64,000 nt of DNA. Source: Eledone cirrhosa (Eukaryota). The stretch spans positions 222,642,001 through 222,706,000 of the forward strand of contig OZ024742.1 in the NCBI GenBank assembly GCA_964016885.1, in the 5' to 3' direction. Of this stretch, positions 12,777-24,800 are shown piece after piece. The translations under genes were made by a program, and so were the position numbers. How positions within the stretch are numbered: position 1 is the first letter of the stretch; the number at the start of each line of letters is the position of its first letter. Under the pieces are notes generated by a model that was given only the letters and a program-made list of their open reading frames with translations, did not search any database and was not told the DNA's origin.

Positions 12777-13278
12777 TATAAGTATGTATACGTACATACA
12801 TATATGTATACAGACGGACAGTAGTATGTATATATATATACATACATGCACACACATATATATATATATATATGTACGTATGGATTCACTGAACATTTAT
12901 TATAATGCTCGGCGTGTTTGTAAACAAACATCCCGAATTAAGCCGTACAGTGTCTAGCAACCATCGTTGCTCATTTGTTCAACACTGACAAAGGAATGCT
13001 GTACTAGTTTCAAGCTTATTAGCTATTGTCAGCAACGTATACATTCCTGCCTTGAAACTAGTACAGCGTTCCTTTGTCAGTGTTGAACAAATGAGCAACG
13101 ATGGTTGCTAGACACTGTACGGCTTAATTCGGGATGTTTGTTTACAAACACACCGAGCATTATAATAAATGTTCGGTGAATCGATACGTACATATATATA
13201 TGTGTGCATGTATGTATATATATATACATACTACTGTACGTCTGTATACATATATGTATGTACGTATACATACTTATA
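12777..13278. repeat. Foldback palindrome family B (~235-bp arms, spacer 13015-13050) with a decayed central HHR
   Basis: Near-perfect inverted arms. The minus strand reads gttg CTGACAA tagct aata agctt GAAA CTAG TA cagc. Confidence 0.9.
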
Positions 13279-13332
13279 TATATATATATACAATATATTA
13301 ATAAATGGAAACTATATTTATAAAACCATATT

Positions 13333-13398
13333 TATTTTATTATATATATTTCAAGGGCAACCAAGGCAAATTATGGTGCACTTTCATCAGATAAAATA
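13333..13398 (-). ncRNA. Minimal hammerhead ribozyme with intact core (family C, left arm)
   Basis: UAUUUUAU CUGAUGA [AAGUGCACCA...UGGUUGCCCUU] GAA AUAUAUAU A | AUAAAAUA. Confidence 0.78.
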
Positions 13399-13571
13399 CA
13401 GATTTGTTTTAGAAATAAATATTGACATACCCGGAAAATAGACAACCTTAACGGTTGGAGCTTCCTGGATAGTGGAGATAGTACATTTATATCTCCACTA
13501 TCCAGGAAGCTCCAACCGTTGAGGTTGGCTTTTTTCTGGGTATGTCAATATTTATTTCTAAAACAAATCTG

Positions 13572-13637
13572 TATTTTATCTGATGAAAGTGCACCATAAT
13601 TTGCCTTGGTTGCCCTTGAAATATGTATAATAAAATA
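13572..13637 (+). ncRNA. Minimal hammerhead ribozyme with intact core (family C, right arm)
   Basis: CTGATGA at 13580-13586, GAAA at 13618-13621, helix III ATATGTAT, helix I TATTTTAT/ATAAAATA. Confidence 0.78.
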
Positions 13638-14346
13638 AATATGGTTTTATAAATATAGTTTCCATTTATTAATATATTGTGTATTTACTCCACTAACTGT
13701 TGAGTGCTTTATATCAGTTATAAAAATGTTTAAGCTAGTTAAATCCCAACAAATTAAATATAACCTCTGCATATATATATATCAGGTGCAGGCAACTACA
13801 CTGCACAACTACACAGTCCTGGGTTCAGTCTTGCTGTGTTGCAGTCTTGCAAGTGTTGTCTACTATAACCTTGGGTTGACCAATGCCTGATGATTGAAAT
13901 TTGGTAGATGGAAATTACAGAAGCCTGTCATCATGTGCATGTGTGCATGTGTGTCTATGTTTATTTGTGTCTGTGCCTGTATTTATGTCCAATAACTTAT
14001 CGGATTAACAAACCAAGTGATCAATATAGATTTGAAAAAAATAATTGCAGGTGTTGATATGATCAATTAAATCAATACGGTGCCCTAGCATGACCGCAGT
14101 TTAACAACTAAAACTAATAAAGGTATATAGACAGAAATAGATAGATAGCTGTTAATATTCTTTTTACTGTTTTCAGTCACCAGGCAGTGGCTCTGATGGG
14201 GCACTGCCTTGATTTAGTCAATTATATCGATTCTCATTATTTATTCCTTTCAAGTCTGCTCTAAGTTTTATCTATCTTCTTTTATTGAACTGATAAGTTA
14301 CAGAATATAATCAGACACAAACTTAGATGCAGGGATGGACACACAT

Positions 14347-14381
<35 letters not shown>

Positions 14382-14382
<1 letters not shown>

Positions 14383-15252
14383 CATCATCATCACCGTTTT
14401 ACGTCCGTTCTTCCATGCTAGCATGGGTTAGACGGGTTGTCCTGTTGAGGGCAGTGTCTGGTCGGCTGACCATGCCTTGCTCATACAGGAACTGATTTTG
14501 GCTTGATTTCTACAGCTGGATGCCCTTCCTAACACCAACCTCATTTACAGTGAGTGCTGGGTGCTTTTTTCCATGGCGCCTACACGTCCACTTTACAGTG
14601 TGGGCTGGGTGCTTTTTTTGCCGTGGCACCTCCACGACCACTTTGCAGTGGGAGGGTGTGGGGGCATATTGTCTATATGCTTCAGCTTGTACCCATGGGA
14701 GGTCGGGTACTCTGTATTACTGCGTGACGCCAGAGGTCACAGTCGTGTGTTCATCGCCTTTGAGAGGTGTAATTGGGTAAGTTCGGCTTTTATCACCTCA
14801 TCCCAGGTTTTCTTGGGTCTCCCCACTCCGCGGTTTCCATTGACTTCTAGTGCTCTGCACCTTTTTATGCAGCTGTCATCCTTCATACGCATCACATGTC
14901 CATACCAACGCAACCGCCTCTCCTGCACACAGCATTTGATTCCTCTTATGCTCAGTCTCTCTCTCAATTGATTTATGCTTTGCCGTTCGCGTATATTACT
15001 ATTACACATCCATCGGAACATGCAGGCTTTGTTTCTTTCTAATCTACGTAAGTCTTCCACCTTCAGCGCCCAGGTCTCACTACCATGTAACATTGCTGTT
15101 CGGATACACGCATCATACAGTCTGCCTTTCATTTTGAGGGAGAAGCCTTTTGCAGCTAGCAGTGGCAGTAGTTCCCTGAACTTCTTCCATCCCGTTCTTA
15201 CCCTAGTTATTGTACTTTCTGAACACCCACCTCCGCTACTAATTCGGTCACC
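14382..15252 (-). mobile_element. RTE LINE 3' fragment with 3' UTR and (CAT)n tail
   Basis: ORF 14737-15273 contains MLHGSETWAL, ERRLRWYGHVMR and GRPKKTW. Confidence 0.88.
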
Positions 15253-15272
15253 TATATATATATATTCGGTCA

Positions 15273-15321
<49 letters not shown>

Positions 15322-15612
15322 CAGGCTTCTGCAATTTTTATCTACCAAATTTACTCACCAGGCATTGATCAACTTGAAGATATAGGAGAAGACAACTTGT
15401 CCAAGGTTCCACACCGTGGGACTAATCTCAGAACCATGTGATTGCAAAGTAAACTCCTTAACCACACAGTTATCTTTGCACCTATAGATATAAAAACTAT
15501 GCAAATATAACAAAGCAGACATAAAAATAATGATGATGATGAATGCTTGTTAATGCCACAAGTAAAAAAACAAAGAATTATATAACATTAAAATTAATAA
15601 ATTGGAAGCTAC

Positions 15613-15658
15613 CTTTTTGGCCTCATTTCATCTTCACTGCTTTCAATATGTTTTGTAC
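15613..15658 (-). CDS. Gene A coding exon 2 (46 nt, phase 1/2): GTKHIESSEDEMRPK
   Basis: ttttcacaag acceptor and AG|gtagct donor; phases chain correctly with both neighbours. Confidence 0.75.
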
Positions 15659-15884
15659 CTTGTGAAAATGCAAAAAGTGTACCAGTTAAATGAAAACCAT
15701 TTTAACCCTTTTGTTGCCACAATTATAACGAAAGGCATAGCCTATGGTTTTCAAACCATTTTGAAATAATCAAGAATTTAGAAGGATTTAGTAATATATT
15801 TAATTTTCACACTATTAAGCTGGTGCTTGGAACGTAACTTAATAAAAGTTCTTACATAGAATTATGATGAAGGTTTTTAGATGA

Positions 15885-16260
15885 AGTGCTGATGTCACGA
15901 TAAAACGCATGCAGCCCACTATAAAGTGGAAGAGCTGGTGCCTCTATAAAATGTACCCAGACCACATTGTAAAGTGGTAGTGTTGGTACCAAATAAAAAA
16001 CACCCAGCCCACAACGTAAAATGGTAAAGTTGGTGCCACGAAAAAAAGCACCCAGTCCAGCCTGTTAATTGGTAGTGCTGGTGCCACAAGAAAATGAACC
16101 TAGTTCACGACATGAAGTGGTGAGCATTAAGAAAGGCATCGTGCTGTAGAAACTATATCAGAATGGAACAAATGAGCAAGACATGGTCATCTGACTTATG
16201 TAACCTCACAATGTGACAACTCATCTAGTCCATGCAAGCATAGAAAATGAAGTGATAATG
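15885..16260 (+). repeat. ~45-bp tandem units (ggtgccac.ataaaa.gcacccagt.cac..gtaaagtggtagtg) leading into an RTE/SINE-type 3' tail; similar arrays at 32445-32630 and 47140-47330
   Basis: Five to six visible degenerate units. Confidence 0.65.
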
Positions 16261-16899
16261 ATGAGGTAAAATCATACATTAGCCAGTTTATCATTATACA
16301 AAAAATTGCTATGTTCTTATTTTATATATTGGCATATTAATATTTAACATTTTGGTACTGATCCCACCAAATGACCAAACACAGTATGAGGTCACCTTCA
16401 CCTATAAAAGGTGAAGGAAGCAGTGGCTGCTTTGTTAGGCGGCAGATTTTGAAAGCAGTAGAGCTGGCTGCTGGCCCCCAATCAGTTAACTATGACAGCC
16501 TTTCATAGCTATCTCTTACTTTCTCATATCTAATGCTCATGTTGCTAGCCTATCCCTCTTAATTTTATATTTCATCAAGTACATGACATCAAAAACTCCC
16601 ACAGTTTATCTGTTCAATCTTTCATACAAAACACCTACCCCCAAACATTCTGTAGTTCACAAATTTGCTTCATCAATTTGTCATATTTCTTCCATTGTTA
16701 ACCTTATGACTTTCACCAAGATTTTAACATAGTTTCAAATCCAATACTTGACATAATAAATAACTGTTTTAGATAAGCAGACCAAAGTTCTAATAAATAG
16801 TAAGGAAAACAAGGCCCTGATAGAAAAATGGACATTAAATGGTGATGATGATGATGATAATGAAAGACATTGCCTATGATTTGCAAATATTTTTGGAGT

Positions 16900-19800
16900 A
16901 TCATCATCATCATCATAATTGTTTAACGTCCACCTTCCACGCTTGCATGGGTTTGGATGGGAATTTTCCCACTTGAGGCAAGATTGGTTGTCTTGCTCGT
17001 ATAGGACTTTCTGGCAGGTTTTCTACGGCTGGATGCCCTTCCTAACACCAAGCACGTTTACAGTGTGGACTGGGAGGTTTTTACCGTGTTACCTACACGG
17101 CCACATTACAGCGTGGACTGTGTGTTTTTTTGTCGTGACACCTACACGACCTCATTTATTTCGGACTGGATGTTGTGGTACCAACATAACTTTACATCGA
17201 AAGGGGTAGTGTGGATGGGGTGGGGGTAGTGGGATGGGGGTGTATTTTTGGTTAGGAGGTGCCTACTGACTGTAGGTTTCGCTTTGTACTTAGGCAAGGC
17301 GGGTCTCCTCTATTACTGTGTAGCGCCAAAGATCTCGGTCCAGTGACATTGTCTTGGAGAGTTGTAAGTGTGTGAGGTCGGAATTTATCAAGTCGTCCCA
17401 GGTTTTTCTGGGTCTGCCTATCTCCGTGGCTACCGTCTATTTTTATCGCCCTGTACTTTTTTATACAGCTGTCGTCTTTCATGCGCATCACGTGACCATA
17501 CCAACGTAGTCTTCTCTCGAATAAACAACATCTGATTCCTCTTATTCCTAATTTCTCCCTTAGTTCATTTATGCTTTGCCGTTCACGTATATTACTATTA
17601 CACATCCAGCGGAGCATGCAAGCTTCGTTCCTCTCTAGTTTGCGTATATCCTCTGCACACAATGCCCAGGTCTCACTGCCATGCAACATTGCTGTTTGTA
17701 TGCAGGCATCATACAGCCTGCCTTTCATTTTTAGAGAGAACCCTTTAGCGGCCAATAGTGGTATAAGCTCTCTGAACTTTTTCCATCCCGTTCTGACTCT
17801 AGCTACTGTACTTTCAGAGCAACCTCCAACACTGCTGATTTTGTCACCCAGGTAACGGAAGGCGTCCACTATAGAACCATCTGTGCAATGGAATGAGCTA
17901 GTATTCTGTGGGCACTTGCTGCTACTTATTGCACCTGAGCACCGGCCACATATAAAATCTATATTCTTAGTTAGCTTACCTGTGATCCCACTACATCTTT
18001 TATGCACCCATACTTTGCATTTGGGACATAAAACTCCTTTCCTACACACTGAGCATGGCCATTTCCCAGATTACAAACTAGAACTTTAGTCTTAGACAGG
18101 TTAATTTTAAGGCCTTTTGATTCTAGGCCATGATTCCATGTTTGGAATTTCTTCTCGAGTTCAGCCATTGATTCAGCTGTGAGTGTTGGATCATCTGTGT
18201 ATAGGAGTTCCCATGGGCAGCCGGTCTTAAACTCCTCTGTTATAGCCTGAATGGCAATAATAAATAGTAGGGGGCTAAGGACGGAGCCCTGATGAACACC
18301 AACTTTTACACTAAACTCTTCACTATATTCGTTGTTAATTCTAACCTTGCTGACTGTTTCTTTATACATGGCTTGTATAGCTCTCACAAGCCATTCATCA
18401 ACACCTAGTTTTCTAAGAGCCCACCAGATAATGGAGCGGGGTACTCTATCAAAGGCTTTCTCCAAGTCAACAAAAACTAAGTATAGGGGTTTACTTTTAG
18501 CTAGGTACTTCTCCTGTAGTTGTCGTACAATGAAAAGAGCGTCTGTTGTACTTTTACCTGACACAAACCCGAACTGCATTTCATCTAGATCAATTAGCTC
18601 TCTGATTAGTTGCGCTATTACTTTTTCTGTGACCTTCATGACCTGGTCAATTAATTTAATGCCTCTATAGTTTCCCCTATCTAGGGCATCTCCTTTACCC
18701 TTGTAGCAGTTAATGATGATGATGCTACGCCAGTCCTTCGGAACGACCCCATTCTGTATGACTTGGTTTACTATCTGGGTGACCATAGTGTGTCCCACCG
18801 TTCCAGATGCTTTCAGCATTTCAGCAACTATTTCCAAAGGCCCAGCCGCCTTGCCTGTCTTCATATCTTTGATCACCTTACTTATTATACTACCTTCAAC
18901 TTGCACTGCTGGTCTCTCTATTGGATCGATGTGGGGGAGACTGTCTTTCTCCCAATTATTCTCCTCATTTAGTAGCCTTTCGTAGTGACACTTCCAAGCT
19001 ACCTTTTTATCAGCGTCAGTGATGGCAAGTACACCATCATCATTAAGGACACACTTCTCCCCGACAATATCACGGTTTTTCTTGACACATTACCTAGCAA
19101 TCCTGAACACCTCACGTTTTTTGTGCTCGCGTTGTAGAACATGCTTGAACTTTCTTTCCTCTGCTTCCCTTCTTGCGAAGTACACTTGTCTCCTAGCTTC
19201 CCTCCTGGCTACTTGATAGTCTTCTCTACTTACCCCATCCTGACATGCTTTCCAAGCCTGCTTTTTGGCCTTACTGTTCCACCACCAACTTACTCTCCTC
19301 CGGCCTATAGGTCTGCTCCAGCCACAGATTTCATCTGTCGCCTTCAGTAGGTTAGCTTTCAGGAATTCCCACTGTTCCTCTCTATTGTACGACTCTAATT
19401 GCTCTTCCTTACTATCAAAAGCATCAAGTAATATGCTTTTAAATTTATAACTGGCTGTGAGGTCCTTTAGCTTCGATATTTTTCTCCTGGGGATAGTCCT
19501 CTTCTGTTGTCGAGTACGTCTCGTCCTGACTATGAGGTCGCTAATTATGAGTCTATGTTGAGAGGTGCATTCTTCATGGGGGGGGGGGGGGGGGGGTTAG
19601 TGTTTACAACAGACACTCTGTCACGTCTTCTGGTAAGGATATAATCTACCTGGCTGGTGTGTTCCCCTGATCTATAGGTGATCAAGTGATTGTCTCATTT
19701 TTTGAAGTTAGTGTTACAGATAGTTAGGTTATTTGCGTCACAGAATTCCAGGATTCTGGAGCCTTCCTCATTTCTAGTACCAAACCCATAGCCTCCATGG

Positions 19801-20365
19801 ATTCCGTCATAGCCGTCACAATGTTGTCCAACGTGACCATTTAGGTCGCCAGCGATAACTATGTAGTCACTGTCGGATATTTGGGAGGTAGTGAGCATTA
19901 ACGTCTCATAGAATCTGTCTTTTATAACGCCAGGCAGTCCGGATTGTGGTGCATATGCAGATATTATTGTCACAGTAGTTCTATTGAGGACAAGTCTTAT
20001 TCTGTCGTTCACTCTATTTACGTCTATTATCTTATCTGCTACCATGATTCCTACTCCACCCAGCCCATTGTCATTTCCCACCCAGAAAAGCTTATAGCAT
20101 CGTTCTTTACCCACAATGAATCTAGCAGACCCGCCCCTCCACCTGGTCTCTTGAATACAGCAAACATCGACCTCCTTACATTCAAGCATTTCTACAACCT
20201 CGTTAGAGCGACCTTTTAAGGTGCCTACATTCATGGTACCAACTCTAAAGTTTTGGATTGCGTTTGGATTGCGTTTGGTGGGGCGCAGGGGGGGTATGTT
20301 AGCCATCCGCGGCCAAAATAAAGAGGAGGAGTCCTTGCATTCTCGTCCGGCAGCATGAGGTGAAT
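16900..20365 (-). mobile_element. Near full-length RTE LINE (APE endonuclease + RT), frameshifted
   Basis: APE motifs TMNVGTL, IQETRW, SAYAPQ and GDLNGH (19695-20306). RT motifs FVDLEKAFDRV, GVHQGSVLSP and YTDD (17971-18906). C-terminal ORF 17252-18049; (GAT)n tail. Confidence 0.93.
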
Positions 20366-21342
20366 GAGGTGAATTTTTGTTATTATTAAGTTGGTGTTTG
20401 GAATATAAATATTCTTATGATGGAAGGTTTTAGTTAAATGTAAACACTAAAACAAAGCTTTATATCATAGAACCAGGAGCACATTTTAGCATGTTGGTAT
20501 CAAAACTGTTAAACTGTATCAAAACAAATCAAACACAGGATGAAAACATCAGTAAGACTACCTTCTTTTATGTATTAATGAACATTTCAAAAAAATTAAT
20601 CCTGTTTTCAGCTTGATAAAATCAGGGTAACATAGGGTTGTTAATAATGGTTACTGTCTGTCCCAAGCCAGAAAGCTCATCAAGCCTGAACTCATCTCGA
20701 TTTCATTGACGTTAAGAGACTGAGAATACAAGACTCACTGTTTGATGGTATGCTAGTCCATCGCATGGTTAACCCCTAGCTTCTGGTGGTACTCATTTTC
20801 AGCTGAGTTAACAGGAGTGAAATGAAATAAAGTATTTTGCTCAAGAACACAACCTGCTGCCCAGTCCAAGAATCAAATCAACAACTTAACACTTAAACCA
20901 CTAGGCCATGCACCTTTACAATAAAGAGTTGTGATAGTAACTAATATCTAATTCAACATCATTAGAAAGTTATAGGGTTTAATAAAATAAAGGAAGTGAC
21001 TTTTGTATATTTTATAAATAGTTAGGCCAAAAGGTGGGGACTGTACCTATTCCTTTTGCAAGCTCTCAGAGACCAATAAAATCAATATGGTTAAGACAAA
21101 TGTAGGCAAGGTGATAATTCTTGAGGGCCAATGTTCTGGGTGAAAAGACCAAATGATGATGATGATAATAAAAAAGACAGTATGGTTATAGAGTTCACTT
21201 TAGAACCATGTGGTTTCGGGATTAGTCCCACTGAACGGTACCTTTGGCCAAGTGTCTTCTACTATAGCCTTGAATCGACCAATACCTTGTGAGTGGAATT
21301 CGGTAGGCAGAAAATGTGAGGAAGGTTATCATATACATACAT

Positions 21343-21828
21343 ATATATATATGAATGTATATATAGTGTATTTTGCAATACACTGTATGCTTAATTAAAA
21401 GCATTTTGAAGACCTTACGCTATTGTTTTAGAGTAGTGACAATCTCACTTACTTTAAATTTTCAGCAAACAGGGGGAGATAAAGCTGACAGAGTTCTATT
21501 TGGTACTTCACTATTTCAGAGCACCAATTCTAATTTTCAATTTCTGCTTGACCGGAAACCGCTCTGTATAATCAGTTCCTGATTAATACTAGAATTCTAT
21601 AAGAATCAAACATTCATGATTTTCAGCAAACAGGTGGAGTACTTAGCTTTCATAAGTACCAAATCGTACGAAACAGAGCTCTGTCAGCTTTATCTCCCCC
21701 TGTTTGCTGAAAATTAAAGTAAGTGAGACTGTCACTACTCTAAAACAATAGCGTAAGGTCTTCAAAATGCTTTTAATTAAGCATACAGTGTATTGCAAAA
21801 TACACTATATATACATTCATATATATAT
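21343..21828. repeat. Foldback palindrome family D (~160-bp arms) with an HHR relic at 21645-21689
   Basis: Inverted arms 21343-21505 and 21667-21828. The plus strand reads agct TTCATAA gtac caaatc gtac GAA ACAGAGCTCTGT C agct. Confidence 0.88.
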
Positions 21829-21909
21829 CGGTATTTCAGAGCACCAATTCTAATATATATATATATATTCAAAATATTAACAAAAATAGAACTTCTTGTG
21901 ATCAAATAT

Positions 21910-21973
21910 ATTTTATTATACATATTTCAGAGGTACTAAGCTAACTTCAACAGTACGTCCTCATCAGATAAAA
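21910..21973 (-). ncRNA. Solo minimal hammerhead ribozyme with intact core
   Basis: UUUUAU CUGAUGA GGACGUACU..loop..AGUACCUCU GAA AUAUGUAU A | AUAAAA. Confidence 0.75.
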
Positions 21974-22495
21974 CAAGATGATGCATGACATACCCTGACA
22001 TAGTAGATGGTTAAGATCCAGTCAAGGATCCATATATATATCCAGTCATGGATCTATATATATATATATATAGGGGGGGGGGGGGTCCTTGTTACCAGGC
22101 AAAACAAATGTTAACACTTTAGCATTCACATTATTCTATAAATACTATTATATTTTCATGGTAAAGACTTTACTTCACATAATATCGAATCTATGAGATT
22201 TTGAAAGTATTTATTTTGAGAAAGACAATACCTTAACATCAGTTTGAGTGACCAGTTACAGTCAGTTTCAAAGGAAAGAAGTAGAGAATTCTGGCCGGTT
22301 TTGGCTGGTTTGAAAAATAGTTAATAGGGTTGATATAATCAAATAAAAAAAAAAATTGGAGCAACCACATCATGGCCACAATCTAATGATGGAAACCATT
22401 AAAAAATAAAAGAATAATGAAGATGATAATGGTGCTACCAGCGACAACAATGATGATGGCAATAATGATGATGATATGCTATATATTTTCCTTAA

Positions 22496-22688
22496 CCCTT
22501 TAGCATTTAAACCGGCCATAATTCTCTCAACTCTTTCAGTTCAAACTAGCCATAACCGGCTGCTTATACTTACGTTAAGGTAATGTTCTCAAAATAAACA
22601 ATATCAAAATAGATTCGATATTATATGAGATAAAATGTTTACCATGAAAATAAAATAGTAAATATAGAGTAATGTAAATGCTAAAGGG
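22496..22688. mobile_element. piggyBac-type MITE (~200 bp); other copies at ~22110-22325, 30847-31347 (interrupted), 38792-39001, 47933-48135, 48653-48886, 51101-51313 and 51642-51849
   Basis: TIR CCCTTTAGCATTTA...TAAATGCTAAAGGG with TTAA duplicated on both sides. Confidence 0.85.
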
Positions 22689-22726
22689 TTAAATATGTAA
22701 TAATTTACATAAGAAACTCTATTTAC

Positions 22727-22757
22727 CTCCACTCTTTCTTTTCCTTAATCCAGCCAT
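22727..22757 (-). CDS. Gene A first coding exon, MAGLRKRKSG (exon 22727-22779 includes 22 nt of 5' UTR)
   Basis: tttccatttcag acceptor at 22780-22781; an in-frame TAG sits immediately before the ATG at 22757; GAG|gtaaat donor, phase 1. Confidence 0.75.
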
Positions 22758-23599
22758 CTACTTATTTCTAGGAAGTGCACTGAAATGGAAATATCTATTT
22801 CAAATTATTGGTGCTATGATAAAATGCACCTCATACAATCTATAAAGTGGCAATGCTGGTGCCAAGATAAAATGGACTCAGTTCACTCAGAAAGTAGTAG
22901 TACAAAAGCACTCAGTCAACTGTTTCCTAATATAACCTCAGGTTGACCAATTCTTTGTGAGTGGAATTTGGTAGGCAGAAACTGCAGAAGCATGTTGTGT
23001 GTGTATGCGAATGTGCTTGTGTTCATATCTACTTCTGTGTTTGTTTATGTCCAGTACCTTAGTGGACAACAAAAACAAAGAGAGACTGATTAAATAAGTA
23101 CCATACTTGACAAAAATAAGTAATGAGTCAATATGTTCGACTAAATTAAGACAGTGCCACAGTATGGCCACAGTCTAATGACTGAAACCAGTACAAGAAT
23201 AAATTAATAAAAGAATATTTTTATTTTTTATAAATATTACCACTGATATATTATTTCAAAATTATATGTTGCAATATACAGTTTAATCTAAGTCACCGTT
23301 GAGACCTCAGGTGTCCTCTGACCCCATAGAGCTAACCTCATCCATAAAATCAGAATGACAGTAGACCATCTGAGGAAGGTGCTAGCAAGGTGGGGGAGCA
23401 GTTGCAACATGTGTCGTTGGCCATTTTTTCGCAGAAATACCTTTGCCATTTTCTCCGCAGGGTGCAGCCGAAACACCACTGACTTAGATGTAGAGTTTGT
23501 CACCCTTTCCCTTTCCCTCTTTCTTTCTTTCATTGCCTAACAATCCTTGCTCTTTCCTTCCTTTTCCTCTCATTTATAGCATTTATAGTCTTTCCCAAT

Positions 23600-24800
23600 G
23601 CAATTTTAGCAGCAAATATATAATTGTAATATAGCGCCACGAGTACCCACCTTAGCAGAAGGATATGATAGGAATATCGCCAACGACTTTAGCTCGTTTT
23701 TACATTATTTATTAATAAAAGTGGATTAAGCTGGCATGCCAAGAGAAATGAAATAATTCAATTAAGATTACAAGAGAAAATACGGTCGACTGGCTGAGGC
23801 GTTTGGCCAGGCCCGTAGTAATGTTTTATCGTTACATTTGGTTTGTGCTTACGGAGCCATAGAATAAGTGGTCTTTACCTTACCATGGTCAAGCTGCAAG
23901 AGAGAGAGAGATTTCTGAGCTGACGCGGGGAATTTTTCCTGCAGGGCGTGTAGAGATAGATTCTCCTCCGCTGGGGGCGATTGACTGAGCTGAGGCAAAT
24001 AACGCGCGGAGAATGTATCTATGAGCCCAAGCAACGTAGGTCACTACACAACATTCTTTTTCTATATGTTTGATAAATATTAAATTCTTTACTATTTTTA
24101 TGTAATTTTATCCTCGGAATATATTTGAGTATTTTAAATAAAGTTTCCTTAAGACATATATGTGTATCTGTTTGTTTCTGTTCTTCGTTTCTTGAGAATA
24201 AAATGTCAACAGATATAAATAAATTCACTTATTTATCTATTTTCTTCAAAGTTCAATGAAATTGTTGGAGGATATTTCGCTTTAGGTATATAAAATGGCA
24301 GACGAATTTACCCGTTCATTATGATATCTCTAACGAAAGAGACTGCTTATGATTTTCAAGCAACAAACAACAGTCTCTACGTAGTCACTCGATCTCCAAG
24401 AAATAATAGCCAAATCTCCTTCAAATAACACCCTAGCATTTTTTAGTATGCATATTGTGTTTTACGTCTGTTGGTTCCGACAATGAGTGTTCCAGTTGAT
24501 TCGATTAACAAATCGGCTGGAACGTCTTTTGTAAAAGGTCTGTTGAATCGAGAGTTAATTATGGACAGTACGTTCCAAAGAAGATAAGTAATAATAAAAT
24601 AAATATTCGATAAAAGCAAATAAAATATATTTCTTGATATTAAGTGAATCAAATTGCATTGTCATTAATTCTAGTGTCACTATTTCAAACTAAGAGCAAA
24701 CCATAATCAAATTTTAAACAGTAAAAATGTTAGTTTAACTTACCCAGAGATGAACCTATCGTCTGGTTATGAATGGAAGACCGAAGCATTAACTAAAACA
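23600..24800 (-). promoter_or_regulatory. Candidate promoter and non-coding first exon(s) of gene A
   Basis: Unique, relatively CpG-rich sequence upstream of the ATG exon. Minus-strand donors occur at ~23878-23883 (ATG|gtaagg) and 24738-24743 (GG|gtaagt). A YY1-like AAAATGGC lies near 24292. Confidence 0.4.

Larger units (their letters stand above)
13290..13770. repeat. Foldback palindrome family C (arms 13290-13480 and 13490-13680, plus a ~90-bp one-sided tail)
   Basis: Near-perfect inverted arms; a second copy lies at 62375-62630. Confidence 0.9.

Noticed and set aside
15885-16130. Regularly spaced repeats resembling a CRISPR array
   Set aside because: Degenerate tandem units without unique spacers, part of a retroposon 3' region in a eukaryotic genome with no cas genes.
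20560-20605. Possible extra gene A exon (AG...AG|gtagtc)
   Set aside because: The frame needed to join the next exon contains a stop, and the model closes without it.
23900-24040. RNase MRP-like words (GAAAAATTCCCCG, TGGGCTCA) on the minus strand
   Set aside because: The motifs are in the wrong order for the P4 pseudoknot, and there is no other support.
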